From: Prolixibacteraceae bacterium
GTDB taxonomy: Bacteria; Bacteroidota; Bacteroidia; Bacteroidales; Prolixibacteraceae
Reading direction: 5' to 3'
NCBI GenBank assembly: GCA_963662895.1
Contig: OY759982.1
Span: 414,884-478,883, forward strand
Length of the DNA stretch: 64,000 nt
The notes beneath the pieces were generated by a model. It was not told the origin of the DNA, did not search any database, and saw only the letters and a program-made list of their open reading frames with translations. The translations under genes and the position numbers were made by a program. Of the stretch, positions 51,101-56,374 are shown piece after piece. Within the stretch, counting starts at the first letter, position 1. Each line of letters begins with the position of its first letter.

Positions 51101-52639
51101 GAGAACCGCGTGCCTGCCGATACCATAATCATTGCAGAAGCAACCAATGCCCCTGAAATCAACTCAACAACCACGGTTGAAGGCCTCACCATTGAAACCA
51201 ATGCAAGCCTTACCGTAAAACCCGCCGCAGGGCTTACCGTTTCGGGCACCTTAACCAACCATGCCGATGCAACCGGGCTGGTACTCCAGTCGGATGCCAC
51301 GGGTACGGCAACGCTTATCAATAGTACGGCAGGCGTACGGGCCACGGTACAGCAATATATTACCGGCACAGGCGGCAATACACCCAACGGACGGGGCTGG
51401 TATATGTCAACGCCAATTTCCGATGCTTCAAGCAATATATTTGGTGATTTTGAAGATTCAGGAAACAGTAACGGGCTGTGGTATTACGTAGAACCGTCAC
51501 AAGGATACGTAGAAATTACAACCAATTCAGAAAGTTTAGATGTAGGTACAGGTTATGTGTTACGTACCGGCACAAACGAAACTGTCGAATTTGCAGGGAC
51601 TCTTAATTCTGACGAACAAACATTAGCTGTAACGCGTACCGGCACCGGACATGCCAAACGCGGTTTTAATCTGGTTGGTAATCCTTATCCTTCGTATTTA
51701 GACTGGGATGCTCTTTATGAAGAGTTCCGTGAATCAATGCGTTCAAGTATCTGGTACCGCACTTCTAACGCGAATAACGATATGGTATTTGATATCTATA
51801 ATGCATCCACACAAACCGGGACCAAAAATAACGGGAAAGGTACAGCGGTAAGCGGATTAATCCCTCCCTGTCAGGCCGTTTGGGTAAAAGTAGATGCTGA
51901 TCCTTATGCTTCTGACGGTACTAATAGCGTTAACCTGTTTTTTACACCATCCATGCAATCGCATGGCGAAAGTGAGAATGGATTGAAACAGGCAATGGTA
52001 AAAGAGCTTATCCGTATGGAAATTGTCAAAGAAAGCAAATCCGACGAAACAGTCATTGTCTTTCATCCCGGGGCTGATCGTACGTTTAACTCCTATGATT
52101 CGGAAAAACAATTTGTAACAGCTCCGGGCTTACCACAACTGTACACGGTAGCAGGCACGAAAAAAACTGCCATTAATGGTCTTTCGCTTTATGATGCTCC
52201 GGATGAAATACCATTAGGTCTGATTTTACCGGAGGCAGGGAACTTCAGTCTTCAAGTTACCGAAATGAGTTGCGGTATCGCATACGAACTTTACGATAAA
52301 ATAACAAGGCTGTCAGAACCTATTTACGAAAGTTATAACTATTCATTTACCAGCGGCGCCGGTGATATTCCCGACAGGTTTGTATTGCAGGTAAAATCGG
52401 GGACAGGAGTAAACGAAAAGGCAGAAACAGAACTAAAAGTTTATAGCACAGGCGATAATCTTATAATAAATACGAATACACCGGGAGAGTTGTTGATATC
52501 CGACATTCTTGGCAGGATTGTGTATTCAGGAAATGTTGAAGAAGGGAAAATTACTTTACCGTTAAACGGAACAAATAAGTTTTACCTCGTAAGGCTGCAA
52601 ACCGAAAGAGAGATAATAACGAGGAAGTTTGTGAAGTAA
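36107..52639 (+). CDS. Giant (5510 aa) secreted GLUG-motif repeat protein with Ig-like modules and a T9SS C-terminal sorting domain
   Basis: Single 16.5-kb ORF. Contains dozens of GGLVG (GLUG) motifs in ~25-aa periodic repeats. Carries ~12 modules that each end in ...KTFPRLRNVYDYP plus an Ig-like domain (TYTFTV.VEDTEG). The C-terminus (LKVYSTGDNLIINTNTPGELLISDILGRIVYSG...YLVRLQTEREIITRKFVK) resembles a T9SS type-A CTD. Confidence 0.85.
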   Translation: MNYNNKPVETIKSPSENRRPALANLGVEQAVTQTPPLRGLGGIILLFLCSIFTLHAQTVTAPSGSGTEGDPYQIAALDNLYWLSQTSSAWGSYFIQTADINASATTGWNSGSGFSPIGNSTTNFTGHYNGAGHTITGLYISRSSTDYVGLFGDTDNAKIDSLGVVNCDISGDDCVGGLVGRQYKSTVNNSYSTGGVSGDTSVGGLVGRHQYTTINNSYSTGSVSGDDCVGGLVGENFWGCTVSSSYSVGSVSGVTNVGGLVGEDNGDCTVSNCYWNTETSGQISSTGGIGLTTAQMKQQSSFSNWDFDANWEITNGKTFPRLRDVYDYPMLLPKPTAIAQKGALYTDTPAVPMDYEIQLTLKDYPTGMTVQNGSIITWTPESAGTYTFTVQVEDTEGKITECTYTIIVIAFPGAGAGTKENPFEIATLEDLQFLSENSDGLWNGNFYFIQTAGIDASATTGWNEGSGFSPIGNSTTNFTGHYNGAGHTITGLYISRSSTDYVGLFGYTNNAGIDSLGIINCNVTGNAYAGGLVGNCYYSEVNNCYATGTVTGAGSVSGAGSKAGGLAGCSSSSEISNSYASVTVTGVGDYVGGLVGHNYEATESNCYATGSVTGEGNYTGGLVGRSTDSEVNYCYSTGLVTGSGSSVGGLVGDNYPYLGTSTVNNCYWDTQTSGQSTGDGGTGLTTAQMKQQNNFSGWDFDNTWEITNGKTFPRLRNVYDYPVILPIATVAQRGTLYTDTIQIVSMDYEIQSVTLADNPEGMLLQNGSVITWTAPDNIGTCTFTVRAEDTEGATVEYSYTIKVIISGEGTNGNPYEIATLEDLKFLSENSAYWGSYFIQTADIDASATTEWNGGSGFSPIGNSTTNFTGHYNGAGHIISNLYINRPSTDNIGLFGYTNGAEIDSLGIADCNITGKSYTGGLTGRDNNSAITNSYVAGTVSGTDQVGGLIGYTENTTITNSYATGTVSGNNYVGGLTGQNRVSSTITNCYSAANVSGHSVTGGLVGYNVASSAISNSYATGSVLGSGSKIGGLVGHNNSSTVSNCYYNSETSGQSNGIGDDNNSQFVTGLTTAQMKQQNSFSGWDFDNTWEITNGKTFPRLRNVYDYPVILSKATITIQKGVLYSTIPAVQMDYEIQLTLTDYPAGMVVQDDSLIIWTPGNTGTYTFTVRVEDTEGATTECSYTIKVIYFPTAGAGTKENPFEIATLEDLQFLSENSDDFWNGNFYFIQTAGIDASATTGWNGGSGFSPIGNSTTNFTGHYNGAGHTITGLYINSPSTDVGLFGYTNGAVIDSLGIANCDITGDSGNKNVGGLVGYTLSSEVNNCYVTGYVTGAGISTGGLTGCNKSSEMNNCYTAVIVTGANEYVGGLVGHNSNATENNCYATGNVTGSDGYTGGLVGRSTDSEVNNCYATGQVTGSGSSVGGLVGNNYNFSGASTINSSYYNSETSGQSNGIGGDNNSQSVTGLTTAEMKQQNNFSGWDFDNTWEITNGKTFPRLRNVYDYPMLLPKPTAIAQKGALYTDTPAVPMDYEIQLTLKDYPTGMTVQNGSIITWTPESAGTYTFTVQVEDTEGAKTAECTYTIIVIAFPGAGAGTKENPFEIATLEDLQFLSENSDGFWNGNFYFIQTAGIDASATTGWNEGSGFSPIGNSTTNFTGHYNGAGHTITGLYINRPSTNNIGLFGYTNGAVIDSLGIANCDITGDSGNKNVGGLVGYTLSSEVNNCYVTGYVTGAGISTGGLTGCNKSSEMNNCYTAVIVTGANEYVGGLVGHNSNATENNCYATGNVTGSDGYTGGLVGRSTDSEVNNCYATGQVTGSGSSVGGLVGNNYNFSGVSTINSSYYNSETSGQSNGIGGDNNSQSVTGLTTAEMKQQNSFSNWDFDNTWEITNGKTFPRLRNVYDYPVILSKAPVTIQKGALYTGTIPAVPMDYEIQLILTDSPEGMVVQDDSLIIWTPGNTGTYTFTVRVEDTEGAKTAECTYTIKVIYFPTAGAGTKENPFEIATLEDLQFLSENSDIWDKYFIQTADINASATTGWNSGSGFSPIGNSTTNFTGHYNGAGYIISNLYINRPSTNRIGLFGYTSGAVIDSLGIANCDITGGDYHVGGLVGYNYSSQVNNCYVTGSISGSGYYVGGLLGTNTASSAVGYCYSTGSVRVSHRYVGGLIGYNNFSTVNYCYSAGSITGASAGGLLGYNSGTVINCYYNSETSGQSNGIGDDNNSQFVTGLTIAQMKQQSSFSGWDFTTTWAIRKDSTYAALQGINNAPFAFSDIVEVSVGDVLLLDTVLLANDCDYETGQAALIYKIISATSDNCTINGNIYTFNNEAAIGSSETIMYHAGELLAPGDTLWGNVARAVLNITTPSGNGTENDPYQIATLNHLGWLSQTNSAWNKYFIQTADIDASETTEWDTGSGFSPIGNQTTNFTGQYNGKGHTITGLYINRPSTDYTGLFGHTSNGTVIDSLGIANCDITGNSRVGGLVGLSYTSCTISNCYVTGSVTGSVNYVGGLAGYNYEATVSNSHAICSVTGSSYVGGLVGHNYPSSTISYSYATGSVTGSGEKTGGLAGCNKSSEINNCYATGSVAGAHDYVGGLVGHNYEATESNCYATGSVTGEGSYTGGLVGRSTDSRVNYCYSTGLVTGSGSSVGGLVGDNYPYLGTSTVSSCYWDTQTSGQSSSDGGTGLTTAQMKQQAQLVGFDFTTTWAIREDNTYAAMQGLNNAPIAFADSIVVYGGVLQLDTMLTNDYDYETGQSSLVYQIISAASNNGSINGNVFIFSSSALIGSTDTIVYRAGEILAPGDTLWGNTAQAVLYYRPYEITTLEDLKLLSENSVYWDKCFIQTTDIDASATTGWNSGSGFSPIGNSTTNFTGHYNGAGHTITGLYINSPSTDVGLFGYTNGAVIDSLGIANCDITGDSGNKNVGGLVGYTLSSEVNNCYVTGYVTGAGISTGGLTGCNKSSEMNNCYTAVIVTGANEYVGGLVGHNSNATENNCYATGNVTGSDGYTGGLVGRSTDSEVNNCYATGQVTGSGSSVGGLVGNNYNFSGVSTINSSYYNSETSGQSNGIGGDNNSQSVTGLTTAEMKQQNSFSNWDFDNTWEITNGKTFPRLRNVYDYPVILSKAPVTIQKGALYTGTIPAVPMDYEIQLILTDSPEGMAVQDGSLITWTPGNTGTYTYTVQIKDTEGATTGCTYTIVVTIAGSGTSENPYEIATLEDLKFLSENSAYWGSYFIQAADIDASATTGWNFGSGFSPIGNDTTNFTGHYNGAGYIISNLYINRPSTNRIGLFGYTSGAVIDSLGIANCDITGGDYHVGGLAGYNYSSQVNNCYVTGNVSGKTYVGGLLGTNTASSAVGNCYSTCNVTGSNHSGGLAGYNNSSAVNYCYSTGSITGSNAGGLLGYNSGTVSNCYYNSETSGQSSGIGSDNNSQSVTGLTTIQMKQQNSFSNWDFDAIWEITNGKTFPRLRNVYDYPVVLPKKPATVQTGSLYTDTISAIPMDYEIQLTLTDYPAGMAVQDGSLITWTPGNTGTYTYTVQIKDTEGATTGCTYTIVVTIAGSGTSENPYEIATLEDLKFLSENSAYWGSYFIQTANIDASATAGWNFGSGFSPIGNDTTNFTGHYNGAGYIISNLYINRPSTNRIGLFGYTSGAVIDSLGIANCDITGGDYYVGGLAGYNYSSQVNNCYVTGNVSGKTYVGGLLGTNTASSAVGNCYSTCNVTGSNHSGGLAGYNNSSAVNYCYSTGSITGSNAGGLLGYNSGTVSNCYYNSETSGQSNGIGDDNNSQFVTGLTTAQMKQQNSFSGWDFDNTWEITNGKTFPRLRNVYDYPVILSKATITIQKGVLYSTIPAVQMDYEIQLTLTDYPAGMVVQDDSLIIWTPGNTGTYTFTVRVEDTEGATTECSYTIKVIYFPTAGAGTKENPFEIATLEDLQFFSENSDVWGSYFIQTADIDASATTEWNGGSGFSPIGNSTTNFTGHYNGAGHIISNLYINRPSTDNIGLFGYTNGAEIDSLGIADCNITGKSYTGGLTGRDNNSAITNSYVAGTVSGTDQVGGLIGYTENTTITNSYATGTVSGNNYVGGLTGQNRVSSTITNCYSAANVSGHSVTGGLVGYNVASSAISNSYATGSVLGSGSKIGGLVGHNNSSTVSNCYYNSETSGQSNGIGDDNNSQFVTGLTTAQMKQQNSFSGWDFDNTWEITNGKTFPRLRNVYDYPVILSKATITIQKGVLYSTIPAVQMDYEIQLTLTDYPAGMVVQDDSLIIWTPGNTGTYTFTVRVEDTEGATTECSYTIKVIYFPTAGAGTKENPFEIATLEDLQFFSENSDVWGSYFIQTADIDASATTEWNGGSGFSPIGNSTTNFTGHYNGAGHTITGLYINSPSTDVGLFGYTNGAVIDSLGLVNCDITGDDYVGGLVGHNSSSSTVNNSYSTGNVSSSSFWGAGGLVGCNSSSTVSNSYSTVSVLGDEDVGGLVGFNNDESTVSNSYSTGNVLGSSYVGGFVGYNEASSAICNSYSTGSVSGSGTKIGGLVGDNSSTVSKCFFNSETSGQDKGIGYHSGDVTGLTTAQMKQQSSFSGWDFDNTWEITNGKTFPCLRNVYDYPVIVQKATTTIQKGTLYTAIPAVQMDYEIQLTLTDYPEGMAVQDGSLITWTPGNTGTYTYTVQIKDTEGATTGCTYTIVVTIAGSGTSENPFEIATLEDLQFLSGNSSYWNKHFIQTADIDASATSGWNDGSGFSPIGNSTTKFTGQYNGAGHIISNLYINSPSTDYVGLFGYTNGAVIDSLGVVGCDVKGHEYVGGLVAYNCEASTVSNCYVIGEVTGIYRIIGGLIGRNRYNATVSNCYAAVSVSGPERVGGLVGDSYDLSVIRNCYATGNVITSGSYNGGLIGLNSASTVNACYSTGNVTGSSSIGCLIGYNYANSTVTNCYYNSETGAISEGVGTNLGTDIVTGLTTAQMQTAGIFINTGWKFAAEDSTWALNGTDNNGYPFLRWQGKPGNIWLGTNSTAWETAANWSENRVPADTIIIAEATNAPEINSTTTVEGLTIETNASLTVKPAAGLTVSGTLTNHADATGLVLQSDATGTATLINSTAGVRATVQQYITGTGGNTPNGRGWYMSTPISDASSNIFGDFEDSGNSNGLWYYVEPSQGYVEITTNSESLDVGTGYVLRTGTNETVEFAGTLNSDEQTLAVTRTGTGHAKRGFNLVGNPYPSYLDWDALYEEFRESMRSSIWYRTSNANNDMVFDIYNASTQTGTKNNGKGTAVSGLIPPCQAVWVKVDADPYASDGTNSVNLFFTPSMQSHGESENGLKQAMVKELIRMEIVKESKSDETVIVFHPGADRTFNSYDSEKQFVTAPGLPQLYTVAGTKKTAINGLSLYDAPDEIPLGLILPEAGNFSLQVTEMSCGIAYELYDKITRLSEPIYESYNYSFTSGAGDIPDRFVLQVKSGTGVNEKAETELKVYSTGDNLIINTNTPGELLISDILGRIVYSGNVEEGKITLPLNGTNKFYLVRLQTEREIITRKFVK

Positions 52640-52729
52640 AGTTATCATCAGTTTTTCAAAAGGATAGTAATGATGAAACATGAATTTATATCAAGTACTA
52701 AATATTAAGAATCTGAAATCAAGTTTATT

Positions 52730-52906
52730 ATGAAGACAAAAGAAAAAAGAACATATCAAAACCCCGAAATCACTAAAGTCGAAATCGACAACCAGATATC
52801 AATGGTAATGATGTCGGATACAAATCCGTATGGCGACCCGTGGTCGTTGGCTGAAGAACGGCAAGAAAACAAAGCAAATAATCCGTATAAAATTTCTCAG
52901 GGGTAA
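52730..52906 (+). CDS. Candidate 58-aa RiPP precursor peptide (MKTKEKRTYQNPEITKVEIDNQISMVMMSDTNPYGDPWSLAEERQENKANNPYKISQG)
   Basis: Short hydrophilic ORF, below the track's 60-aa cut-off, lying immediately upstream and co-directional with the PqqD-like and kinase genes. Contains three N-P-[E/Y] motifs. Confidence 0.35.
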   Translation: MKTKEKRTYQNPEITKVEIDNQISMVMMSDTNPYGDPWSLAEERQENKANNPYKISQG

Positions 52907-53035
52907 CACAAACATTATACATGTAAAATACACAGGTTGATTTTTGAATAAGATTCGATTAATTGTCAGAAGTCGGAAGTCTGAAGTTCGTTAAAAAATC
53001 ATCTTTTGCCGTCGTTAATTATTTTTTGTTTTATT

Positions 53036-53317
53036 ATGATTTTAAAAAGAATAGCTCAAAAGAAAAATTTATTTGCACAAAGTACCGTTGGAAAGGAAAC
53101 CATCTTAGTGCCTTTACGGGATTCAGTGGCAAATATGAACGAAATGGTTACGCTTAACGAACCGGGTTCTTTTATTTGGGATAAAATAACAATATCATCA
53201 ACCATTGAATCTCTAACAAAAGAAGTGGTGGATAATTTTGAAGTTGACGAACAAACCGCCAAAACCGACATAAACAGCTTCGTGCAAAAATTATATCAAT
53301 TTACAGAAACGGTTTAA
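53036..53317 (+). CDS. PqqD-family peptide chaperone (RiPP recognition element)
   Basis: ILVPLRD...NEMVTLNEPGSFIWDKI...SLTKEVVDNFEVDEQTAKTDINSFVQKL matches the PqqD/RRE pattern. Length ~93 aa from ATG 53036. Confidence 0.6.
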   Translation: MILKRIAQKKNLFAQSTVGKETILVPLRDSVANMNEMVTLNEPGSFIWDKITISSTIESLTKEVVDNFEVDEQTAKTDINSFVQKLYQFTETV

Positions 53318-53318
53318 T

Positions 53319-54182
53319 ATGTCTGGATCTAACACTACTGCTGTAAAAACCGGGGAGTTTATATTTAAGATTCAATCTGAATTCCAAATTGCTTTCGATA
53401 TCGGTTATTTTTCATTTGTAACAACTGATTTTGATGTTCCTGATGTTACACTGCAAGTAGAACAACTATCAAAAGAACATATTCGACCTGTTGTTTTTAT
53501 TTTTGAGGCTGTTGAGCAAGGTATCCCTTTATGGAAGGTAAGCAGAACAACAAATGGTTATCGACTGTTCATTTATAATCAACTTCAAAAAGGAGTAATA
53601 CAGGCAGTAATTGATGTTCCTCACGGATCAAACATCTGGCAGGTATATTGCCTTCCTGATGAGCAGGGTAATGTTGAGCCAATGGCATATCCCGCCGGAG
53701 CGTTGTTGTTATACATGCTGGCAATACGTAACAATGCTTTTATGCAACACGCATCGGCAGTTATAAGCAATGGCAATGCTTTTGTTTTTTCAGGATTTTC
53801 AGGAATTGGAAAGAGCACAATGGTTTCGATATGGCAGGAAACGGGCTATACTGTTATAAACGATGACCGAATTCTTATTCGTCAAAACAACAAAGGCTTT
53901 ACGGTTTACAATACGCCAATGTTCTACGACGATAAGCCCAAACAAGCACCTTTATCGGCTATTTTTTTATTACAACAGAGTTGTGAGAATTATATAAAAA
54001 GACTAAAAGGGGTGACTGCAATAACAAATTTTATGCGTTTTTCTATTCAGCATGCATACGATAAACATTTTTTAAATGCTCATTTGCAGTTAGTTCAGGA
54101 TATTTATAAAACAGTGCCTATATTTGAATTGGGCTTTAAACCCGATGTATCAGTTATTGATTTTATTCATACTAACTTGTAA
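53319..54182 (+). CDS. HPr kinase/phosphorylase C-domain-like protein (RiPP/lasso-peptide kinase-like)
   Basis: P-loop FSGFSGIGKST in the C-terminal half. ~287 aa, similar in size to lasso-peptide Ser-kinases. Confidence 0.6.
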   Translation: MSGSNTTAVKTGEFIFKIQSEFQIAFDIGYFSFVTTDFDVPDVTLQVEQLSKEHIRPVVFIFEAVEQGIPLWKVSRTTNGYRLFIYNQLQKGVIQAVIDVPHGSNIWQVYCLPDEQGNVEPMAYPAGALLLYMLAIRNNAFMQHASAVISNGNAFVFSGFSGIGKSTMVSIWQETGYTVINDDRILIRQNNKGFTVYNTPMFYDDKPKQAPLSAIFLLQQSCENYIKRLKGVTAITNFMRFSIQHAYDKHFLNAHLQLVQDIYKTVPIFELGFKPDVSVIDFIHTNL

Positions 54183-56374
54183 TGTTTGATATTGTTTCTG
54201 TATCGGCACAAATTCTAAGAAAAACCTTTGCTACAGCAACGACTATTGAAGTTAAAGCAGGTGGTTTTAGTATGTTTCCTACAATACGCGAAGGTTCAGT
54301 GTTGATAGTGCAACAAACAAAATCATCCGATATTTCAAAAGGCGATATTGTTTTGCGAGAAGAGGCTGGAAGGGTAATTGCCCACAGGGTAGTTTCCACT
54401 AAAAAAGGAATTGTTTCCCGTGGCGATAATTGTCGTAACCCGGATGTTGTAACTTCTCCCGAAAATATAATTGGCAAAATAACAGCGGTTAAAAGAAACA
54501 AAAAAGAAAAAAGCACAAATAAGTTTTCTTTCAGAATTATCTGTTTTTTTATACTGTATATTCCGTTTATTACACGATTAATTTTTAGGGTAATGCATTT
54601 TTTTATTAACCGGGGGAAACAGTTGATTGAAGTACATTGCCATATAAAACAACTTACTGTATCATGTCGGTTTCAATTTTGTTTAAACATATTTTTATCT
54701 GTATTGTCGGGATTAATACCATTGGCAATTTTGTACCTTTTCAAACTGCTTATCGATGCTTTGCATACTCAGGACAGGACACAAATAATAGTACTGTTTT
54801 CGATCGTAATTGCATTATTTGGAATTCAGTTATTGCTACAACCATTTAATGCTTTTATAAAGGAGAAATTATCGCAGGGCATACAGCATTATTCTCATAA
54901 ATTATTACAGCAGCAGTGTAATACAATTGCATTTTCGTATTTCGAGAATACACAAAATCAAGATGAACTTTATCGTGCAACCGTTGAGGCTGCAGGCCGT
55001 CCGGTCCGTATGGTACAGGCCTGCATTTCGTTTTTGCAAACATTTGTTGCCGGAATTGTTATTGTCGGGATACTGGCATGGCAAAATATTTACCTTTTTA
55101 TTGTTTTATGTTTGTTGTTGTTTCCCTGGTTTATATTCAAAATCCGGAATGCAAGGGTATTATATCGGTTTTACAAAGTTTACAATGTGAAAGAGCGTGA
55201 ATACTATTATTTTCACAGGGTACTCACATCTGCATTATTCTTAAAAGAAATAAAAATTTTTAATTCATTCCGGTTCTTTTCTGATAAATATACAAACGCG
55301 TATTTCGGATTTTATAGTCGGAAGAATGCTATTCTGAAAAAGCATTTGCTTATCGAGATTGCTCTTTTAATTTCTCTGATTGTCGTATTGGTCGTTGTCT
55401 TTTATTTGTTGGTATCCCGATTTTTGCAAGGTACAATAAGTGTTGGGACAATTGTCCTTATCCTTTTACTTTTTCAACGTGGTTTTTCGGTGATAAAATC
55501 GTTCTTTCAGGCAATTACAACTATTGTTGATAACCGGTCATACTTGTTCGATTTTATTTTATTTCTGAAAAAGAAAACAGAGAAATACGAGAGTAATGCT
55601 ATACTTTCGTTACAAAATTGCATTTCGTTACAAAACGTGAGTTTTACTTATCCGTCGAGTTTACGTAATGCGATAACCAATGTGTCGTTCGATATCCCGA
55701 AACAAAAAACAATAGCTTTGGTTGGAGAAAACGGTTCGGGAAAGACTACGCTTGTAAAGTTACTGTGTGGTTTGTACAATCCATGCGAAGGCAAAATTTT
55801 GTTCGATAATATGGAAGTGAGTCCGCAAAATCTACCGATAATACGAAATTCGGTTACAACCGTTTTTCAGGATTACGCACTTTATAATATGCCTGTTTTC
55901 GAAAATATTTCATTCGACAAAAAGGCGGATGCAGAGCGTGTTTTTGCTGCCGGGAAGCAGTCAGGTATTGATGAGACTGTTTCGTGTTTGCCCGATTCTT
56001 ATAAAACAATGTTAGGTAACTATTTTGTGAAAGGTGAACAATTGAGTATTGGCGAGTGGCAAAAAATTGCAATTTCGAGGGCATTTTACCGAAACAAAGA
56101 TATTTTGATATTCGATGAACCAACCAGTGCTTTAGATGTAAAATCGGAACGGTTGCTTATCGGGACTTTCAAAGAACTGGCTAAGCATAAAACCTGTATT
56201 ATCGTAAGCCATCGCCTATCAACAATTGATTGGGTTGATGAAATTGTTGTAATGCACCGGGGACAAGTTGTCGAAAAAGGAAGCCATGCCGGGTTGCTTG
56301 CTTTAAAAGGTCATTACTATGAAATGTATAAACAGTCGAAGCCTGTTAGTTCGTTTTTCCTGAAAGATAGCTGA
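54182..56374 (+). CDS. Fusion: N-terminal S24/S26 (signal-peptidase/LexA-like) Ser-Lys peptidase domain + ABC exporter (6-TM domain + NBD)
   Basis: GGFSMFPTIREGSVLIV...GDIVL matches the S26 SPase-I GDSMxPTLxxGD motif. TM region follows. Walker A GENGSGKTT, signature LSIGEWQKIAISRA, Walker B ILIFDEPTSALD. Confidence 0.7.
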   Translation: MFDIVSVSAQILRKTFATATTIEVKAGGFSMFPTIREGSVLIVQQTKSSDISKGDIVLREEAGRVIAHRVVSTKKGIVSRGDNCRNPDVVTSPENIIGKITAVKRNKKEKSTNKFSFRIICFFILYIPFITRLIFRVMHFFINRGKQLIEVHCHIKQLTVSCRFQFCLNIFLSVLSGLIPLAILYLFKLLIDALHTQDRTQIIVLFSIVIALFGIQLLLQPFNAFIKEKLSQGIQHYSHKLLQQQCNTIAFSYFENTQNQDELYRATVEAAGRPVRMVQACISFLQTFVAGIVIVGILAWQNIYLFIVLCLLLFPWFIFKIRNARVLYRFYKVYNVKEREYYYFHRVLTSALFLKEIKIFNSFRFFSDKYTNAYFGFYSRKNAILKKHLLIEIALLISLIVVLVVVFYLLVSRFLQGTISVGTIVLILLLFQRGFSVIKSFFQAITTIVDNRSYLFDFILFLKKKTEKYESNAILSLQNCISLQNVSFTYPSSLRNAITNVSFDIPKQKTIALVGENGSGKTTLVKLLCGLYNPCEGKILFDNMEVSPQNLPIIRNSVTTVFQDYALYNMPVFENISFDKKADAERVFAAGKQSGIDETVSCLPDSYKTMLGNYFVKGEQLSIGEWQKIAISRAFYRNKDILIFDEPTSALDVKSERLLIGTFKELAKHKTCIIVSHRLSTIDWVDEIVVMHRGQVVEKGSHAGLLALKGHYYEMYKQSKPVSSFFLKDS

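Noticed and set aside
36248-51435. Numerous 60-190-aa ORFs on both strands inside the giant gene (for example 37817-38302, 43592-44165, and the identical 39932-40219 / 44747-45034 copies)
   Set aside because: They are frame-shadow ORFs within a single continuous 5510-aa coding frame. Their duplication only reflects the DNA repeats of the host gene.
52963-53157. 64-aa ORF (52963-53157) as an alternative precursor peptide
   Set aside because: It overlaps the PqqD-like gene in another frame and has an odd, low-complexity, Phe/Tyr/Lys-rich composition. It is more likely a chance ORF in AT-rich DNA.
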